A stretch of DNA of 64,000 bases, taken from contig JBBSQY010000003.1 in assembly GCA_038243585.1 (NCBI GenBank), forward strand, positions 1 to 64,000. Direction: 5' to 3'. Position 1 is the stretch's first letter, and each line of letters begins with the position of its first letter. The translations under genes and the position numbers were made by a program. Under the pieces are notes generated by a model. The model saw only the letters and a program-made list of their open reading frames with translations. It had not been told where the DNA came from and made no database searches. Shown here one piece after another: positions 59,422 to 64,000 of this stretch. This DNA is from Candidatus Sumerlaeales bacterium. GTDB taxonomy: Bacteria; Sumerlaeota; Sumerlaeia; Sumerlaeales; Sumerlaeaceae.

Positions 59422-60342
59422 ATGGGCCAGCACGGACCCTGTGGCCAGCCGGGAAATGCATTCGTCTGGGCCTTTTTTATTTGTTTGGCCGCCTTCTGTT
59501 GCATGGTAGCCGCCGTGCCGCTTCTATCGTTTATAGTTATAAAATCGTATCCGGAAAACTACGCCTGGCAGATTGAGCAAGCCATGAAGTCCGGAGAGGT
59601 TGACCGGGCTGTGGCTATAGCCCGGACCCGAGTATCGACGGAGAGTTACGATTTTACTGCGAAGAGACTGCTGGCTCGGGCACTGATATCAGACGACAAC
59701 GCTACCGGGGCGGTTGATACAATGCTTGGGTCTCTGGAAGGCGCGCGGTCGGTGCCACAAAGGGACGTTTTTAGTATCGGATTTGATCCTGCAGCAGATT
59801 ATGCTTTGCTAAGCGAAGCGCTCACCGCGCAGGGCCGCGTTGCATTCGCGGAGGAGATGGCCCGTGTAGCCGATGATCATCGCCGCATGGCTCACGGGAG
59901 CCTGGCAGAATTTGATACGACTACGCCTCTGACTGCATTTACGAGTGCGCCGCCACAAGATGGCGGAGTTGTGATTGATTTGAGTGCTTTTGCTAAATCT
60001 GCTGGTATAATCAAAACGCCGGCAGGGACTTTGCATTTTTCCAGAAATGCGTCCACCTCCGCAACGCTGCCGCATGGCCAATCGGCAGGTGGAACGCTGG
60101 CGGTTCAGGTGCGCGGTGGCTTGGCAATGGGAATGGGTGGAATTTTGGTTTTGGTTTGCAATGGAGCTGAACTGATACGCATTTACGCCAATACGGCTGA
60201 GCCGCGGTGGATTTTCGTGCCACTGCCTGCTCACCTTTCGGAGGAAAATCTCAAACTAACGATGGAACTTGTAAATGATGCGTATGACCCAATATCGAAA
60301 GCGGATAGAAATGTAGAACTGATGCAGCTTCAGATTTTATAA
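59422..60342 (+). CDS. Membrane-anchored hypothetical protein (TPR-like plus beta-sandwich)
   Basis: N-terminal TM, helical middle, C-terminal ...ND.YDP...DRNV beta domain. Confidence 0.68.
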   Translation: MGQHGPCGQPGNAFVWAFFICLAAFCCMVAAVPLLSFIVIKSYPENYAWQIEQAMKSGEVDRAVAIARTRVSTESYDFTAKRLLARALISDDNATGAVDTMLGSLEGARSVPQRDVFSIGFDPAADYALLSEALTAQGRVAFAEEMARVADDHRRMAHGSLAEFDTTTPLTAFTSAPPQDGGVVIDLSAFAKSAGIIKTPAGTLHFSRNASTSATLPHGQSAGGTLAVQVRGGLAMGMGGILVLVCNGAELIRIYANTAEPRWIFVPLPAHLSEENLKLTMELVNDAYDPISKADRNVELMQLQIL

Positions 60343-60391
60343 GGTTTCATTGTGTTCGCAGCACCAAGAAAATAGAAAGTCGTAGAGATTT

Positions 60392-61606
60392 ATGAAGTTA
60401 CTGTTCGTTGTATGCCTTTTTGCGTCCGCCTTTAACATAAACGCCCAGGTTGCGAATCAACCGGTCGGAAAGACAGTCGGTCCGGGAGTTACCTGGAGAC
60501 AGGAAACCGTTGCGGAAGGCCCACTCAGTTTTAATGTGATGCGGGTGCAGCTTGATGATCCACGGATTACCATAGAAGCCGAGTCTGCGAAGGACAAACT
60601 GTTTGTCGGGGAAAAAGTACATCAGTCTGCGGAGCGGGAAGCTCAGCCGGGTCAGACTGAGATAATTGGAGCGGTTAATGGCGATTTCTATTCTCTCAAG
60701 AACTTCTTTCCTATTGGTCTTTTGGTAGCCGACGGAATGATTTATGACATGCCGTCGAAGTATCGGAGCGCTTTTGTACTAACGAAGGATGAGACTCCAT
60801 ATATTGGCCCCGTATCACTTGATGTTTCTTTAAAAGTGGGTAAGAAGCTCCTGAAAATTGATCGCATCAACAGTGGAACAAAAAGTGGTAATTCTGTTGT
60901 TCTTTTCACGCCACCTTATGGCGCGGAGGTGGAACCGGCGAAGGGAAAGCGGTTTGTATTTACCATGAAGGGCACAGAGTTTCTGCCCAATCAGCCGGTT
61001 TCCGTTAAAGTTTTCGAAGTTGATTCCGCATCAAGCACACCTCTGACAGCAGATACTATGGTTCTACACATCCCTCCTGGCCAGATAAAGAAACTTGCCG
61101 CTTCTAACCTTGATTCCAAAGAGGGGATTCTCTCTGCACTACTTCCAGAGGTTTCCGGCGTGATAGCCAGCGTATGCGGCGGAGGGCCCGCGATTGTCGC
61201 AGAAGGTAAGATTAACGTGCGATATATGGAAGAAAAAATGGAAAAGGCGCATTTGAACAAACATCCCCGGACCGCCGTTGGATTTACAAAGGACAAAAAA
61301 ACCGTATACTTAGTGACAGTTGACGGACGTCAGCCACGTCTGAGTGTCGGCTTAACCCTGGATGAGCTGGCGGAATACATGAAAAATCTTGGTTGCTGGG
61401 CTGCTCTCAACCTGGACGGGGGTGGGTCTACGAGCATGGTTGTTAACGGCAAGGTTGTAAATAGTCCCAGTGATTTGTTAGGTCCTCGCACCGTAGCCAA
61501 TTCTTTGCTCGTAGTTGCTTTGGTGGGTGGTGGGGCGGAGACGTCAGCGACGTTGGAAGCTGGTTCTCCTACGGCGGCTTCACCGCGAAACGCTGAGAGC
61601 TTTTAA
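60392..61606 (+). CDS. Secreted phosphodiester glycosidase (NAGPA family)
   Basis: Signal peptide, AVNGDFY, GGGP, HPRTAVG, VDGRQ, ALNLDGGGS, RTVANS. Confidence 0.93.
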   Translation: MKLLFVVCLFASAFNINAQVANQPVGKTVGPGVTWRQETVAEGPLSFNVMRVQLDDPRITIEAESAKDKLFVGEKVHQSAEREAQPGQTEIIGAVNGDFYSLKNFFPIGLLVADGMIYDMPSKYRSAFVLTKDETPYIGPVSLDVSLKVGKKLLKIDRINSGTKSGNSVVLFTPPYGAEVEPAKGKRFVFTMKGTEFLPNQPVSVKVFEVDSASSTPLTADTMVLHIPPGQIKKLAASNLDSKEGILSALLPEVSGVIASVCGGGPAIVAEGKINVRYMEEKMEKAHLNKHPRTAVGFTKDKKTVYLVTVDGRQPRLSVGLTLDELAEYMKNLGCWAALNLDGGGSTSMVVNGKVVNSPSDLLGPRTVANSLLVVALVGGGAETSATLEAGSPTAASPRNAESF

Positions 61607-61713
61607 TATATAAAAATGAAACGGCCTAAGGTAGAAAAATATTGCATCCAGTAGGCCTGTCAGAATAAAGTCTTACAACATTATCCTAGTTGATTGCGCC
61701 CCTTCTCATCACA

Positions 61714-62463
61714 ATGCTTAGCCTTGAACGAAAAAAAGAACTTACCCGTTTCCTGGAACGATACCGGTTGCCGATGATGGCGGATCTCGCCTTGCTGGAC
61801 AGGGCGCTTACTCACAGCAGCTATGCGTTTGAACGGCAGTTGCCTCATGATAATGAGCGCCTCGAGTTCCTGGGCGATTCTGTTCTCGGCCTGGTTGTGT
61901 CGGAGTATCTTTTTCACGAGTTTCCAAAATCGAGAGAAGGGGTATTGTCTAAGCATAAATCCCAGATAATCAGTCGCGGAGTATTGGGAAAACGCGCCCT
62001 GGAAATGGAAATTGGACCGCTAATCCTCCTCGGGCGTGGTGAAGAACTGCACGGCGGTCGTGAGCGTACTGTATTGCTAGGTTCCGCGTTGGAGGCCCTT
62101 GTGGGCGCGCTTTATCTAGAATTTGGAATTGATCCCATGCGCGATTTCCTGAACCAGGAGATATTTGCACCCGCAAAATTACTCTCCACCACAGACGAGT
62201 TTGGAGATTATAAATCCATGCTGCAGGAATACGTTCAGAAGCATTATCAAATGGTGCCAGAATATGTGGTAGTGTCGGAGACGGGACCGGATCACTCGAA
62301 GCACTTTGTAGTAGACGCATTTGTAAACGGCGCGCTCACAGGACGTGGAGAAGGATCGCGTAAGAAGGTTGCAGAAAACAATGCGGCGATGAAAGCCTAT
62401 TGGGAGTTAACCCAGGCGGCCATGCCAACGCAATCCCCGGAGCCTGCGCCGGGCCCGGATTAA
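61714..62463 (+). CDS. rnc: Ribonuclease III
   Basis: ALTHSSY, NERLEFLGDSVLG, EALVGALYL, dsRBD DYKSMLQE...GPDH...KKVAE. Confidence 0.97.
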   Translation: MLSLERKKELTRFLERYRLPMMADLALLDRALTHSSYAFERQLPHDNERLEFLGDSVLGLVVSEYLFHEFPKSREGVLSKHKSQIISRGVLGKRALEMEIGPLILLGRGEELHGGRERTVLLGSALEALVGALYLEFGIDPMRDFLNQEIFAPAKLLSTTDEFGDYKSMLQEYVQKHYQMVPEYVVVSETGPDHSKHFVVDAFVNGALTGRGEGSRKKVAENNAAMKAYWELTQAAMPTQSPEPAPGPD

Positions 62464-62472
62464 AAATCCGGG

Positions 62473-62940
62473 TTATACCAACATTTTCAGTTCATCGATG
62501 ATTTCGTCGATATGCCCCTCGACTTTTACCCGGCGCCAGATTCTGACGATCTTCTGGTCAGGACTGATTAAAAAAGTCGATCGTTCCACTCCGATTATTT
62601 TGCGGCCATACATATTTTTTTCTTTCCACACACCATAATCCAGAGCTGTCCGATGATCCGGGTCGCTGAGCAGAACAAACGGTAGATCATATTTGCTAAT
62701 GAATCTGTCATGAGAACGGAGGTCATCTGGGCTGCACCCGAGGATGGTTGCGCCAAGGCCAGTTAATTTGGCGATGAAATCTCGAAATGTGCAAGCTTCG
62801 CGGGTGCACCCAGGCGTGTCGTTTTTCGGGTAAAAAAACAGCACTATATATTTATCCGGATAATCAGCAAACGTCACCGTCCGCCCGTTAGACGCGTCAG
62901 CATTTATCGCCGGGGCGGGATCTCCAGAAGCTAGCTCCAT
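62473..62940 (-). CDS. bcp: Peroxiredoxin BCP/PrxQ
   Basis: FYPKNDTPGCTREAC, LLSD, ERSTFLI, VKVEGH. Confidence 0.95.
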   Translation of the reverse strand: MELASGDPAPAINADASNGRTVTFADYPDKYIVLFFYPKNDTPGCTREACTFRDFIAKLTGLGATILGCSPDDLRSHDRFISKYDLPFVLLSDPDHRTALDYGVWKEKNMYGRKIIGVERSTFLISPDQKIVRIWRRVKVEGHIDEIIDELKMLV

Positions 62941-62997
62941 TTAGTAAGTCCTCGTTGGTAAGTAAAAGCATGAGGGCTTACCAGCCTTATCCGAGTG

Positions 62998-64000
62998 TTA
63001 TTGTCCGGCGGATGGCGAAAGTCTTGTAAGAAAATTTCGGGCAACAACGAAGAACATTGTAAGTATCGCCGCCGCTGCTGCGGCAACCGCGGCGCTTGTT
63101 ACGCGCTTTGGCCACACGCGGGCTTCAGGGGTAACCGGCATGGACAATGCACGTATATCTCCTCCTCCCGGCAGATCGCTTTCTGTCATGACATCTTTAT
63201 AAACGGCCGAAGATACGGCAAAGCGTGATATTGCTTCGTTGATCGCAGTCTGATTGGCTTTAAGCATAATCAGTTGTCGTTTGATATTCGCCTCTTGGAA
63301 AACCGCGTCCGCCAGTCCTTTTTCTGCTTCTGTGATACTGGATTGCGCATCTTGAACCGAAGTCATAATTGCATTCAACTCCGCGGTGGAAGTAAGTTGA
63401 ACGTCTCCCGCTCTTGTTCGCAACAACCCTTCACTGTACCGCTCCAAAAGGCCGGGCATCATGCGAGGACTTCTCATTGCAAGGTCAAGAGTTATACGAT
63501 CGCTATCTGGGTCTCGCAGCGTCAGCCGTGATGGTGACAATAAATCCAGCTTTTCTGCAAGAATTTTCCGCTTATAGGGGAGGTTGGATTCCGCCTCCGC
63601 CGCCAACAGCTCAAGCTTGGCAATTTCCTGATCCAAAGCTTCCTTCTCCAAAAGGAAGGCATCTCGCTTGCTCACGGCTTCCTGGGTCATATAGTTTCCG
63701 AACTGCGAAACGAAATTCCGTATCCACCGGTCCATAATGTACCGGGTTTCGCTGCTGCCGCGCGCCTCAACCTGGAGACTAAGCACGGGAGAAAACTCTT
63801 TACGCACGCTAGTATCCTGAAGCACAAATGTTTCCACATCAAACTGCTTTGCAAACCGTTCTACCGGAGGACTGGATTCCAGATTAAACGCCTTAACATA
63901 GTCGTTTCTGACTTTTTCGATTACGGACTGGCTTTTTAACAAAGCGACCACTGTTTCAGGATTGGGTGTTTCTGCGTCGGGCGCGCTGGCTAAACGGTTA
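62998..64000 (-). CDS. Second Wzz/GumC-like co-polymerase (5' end outside window)
   Basis: Frame is open to the window edge; FSPVL motif shared with 57405-59420, coiled coil, PVTPEARVWPKR plus C-terminal TM. Confidence 0.75.
   Translation of the reverse strand, partial: NRLASAPDAETPNPETVVALLKSQSVIEKVRNDYVKAFNLESSPPVERFAKQFDVETFVLQDTSVRKEFSPVLSLQVEARGSSETRYIMDRWIRNFVSQFGNYMTQEAVSKRDAFLLEKEALDQEIAKLELLAAEAESNLPYKRKILAEKLDLLSPSRLTLRDPDSDRITLDLAMRSPRMMPGLLERYSEGLLRTRAGDVQLTSTAELNAIMTSVQDAQSSITEAEKGLADAVFQEANIKRQLIMLKANQTAINEAISRFAVSSAVYKDVMTESDLPGGGDIRALSMPVTPEARVWPKRVTSAAVAAAAAAILTMFFVVARNFLTRLSPSAGQ

Overview
Core-chromosome window of a diderm bacterium. It is probably Candidatus Sumerlaeota (BRC1) or a relative; this is inferred from protein motifs, not from a search. 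The window opens with the 3' end of an rRNA operon (23S, 5S) and holds tRNA-Lys(UUU) plus about 50 CDSs: housekeeping genes (Sua5, mdh, rplI, rpmB, uvrC, hisF, spoVG, ispE, rarA, rnc, bcp, an IDH/IPMDH-family enzyme), envelope and polysaccharide genes, and secreted hydrolases. I saw no CRISPR array, prophage or transposase. Most interesting: (1) a compact operon of secreted GDPD, sn-glycerol-1-phosphate dehydrogenase and GlpT-like antiporter that looks like a scavenging pathway for sn-1 glycerol phosphate; (2) a shared C-terminal motif ASVxx[WF]xxY on two unrelated secreted proteins, a candidate sorting signal; (3) an XRE-NfeD-flotillin-PspA operon with repeated palindromic operator candidates; (4) an ExbB/ExbD pair lacking the proton-channel residues; (5) an AddA-like helicase with no recognisable nuclease motif and no addB in the window, translationally coupled to a TPR/Wzz cluster; (6) a one-base frame offset at the GH57 start; (7) three families of short palindromic intergenic repeats.
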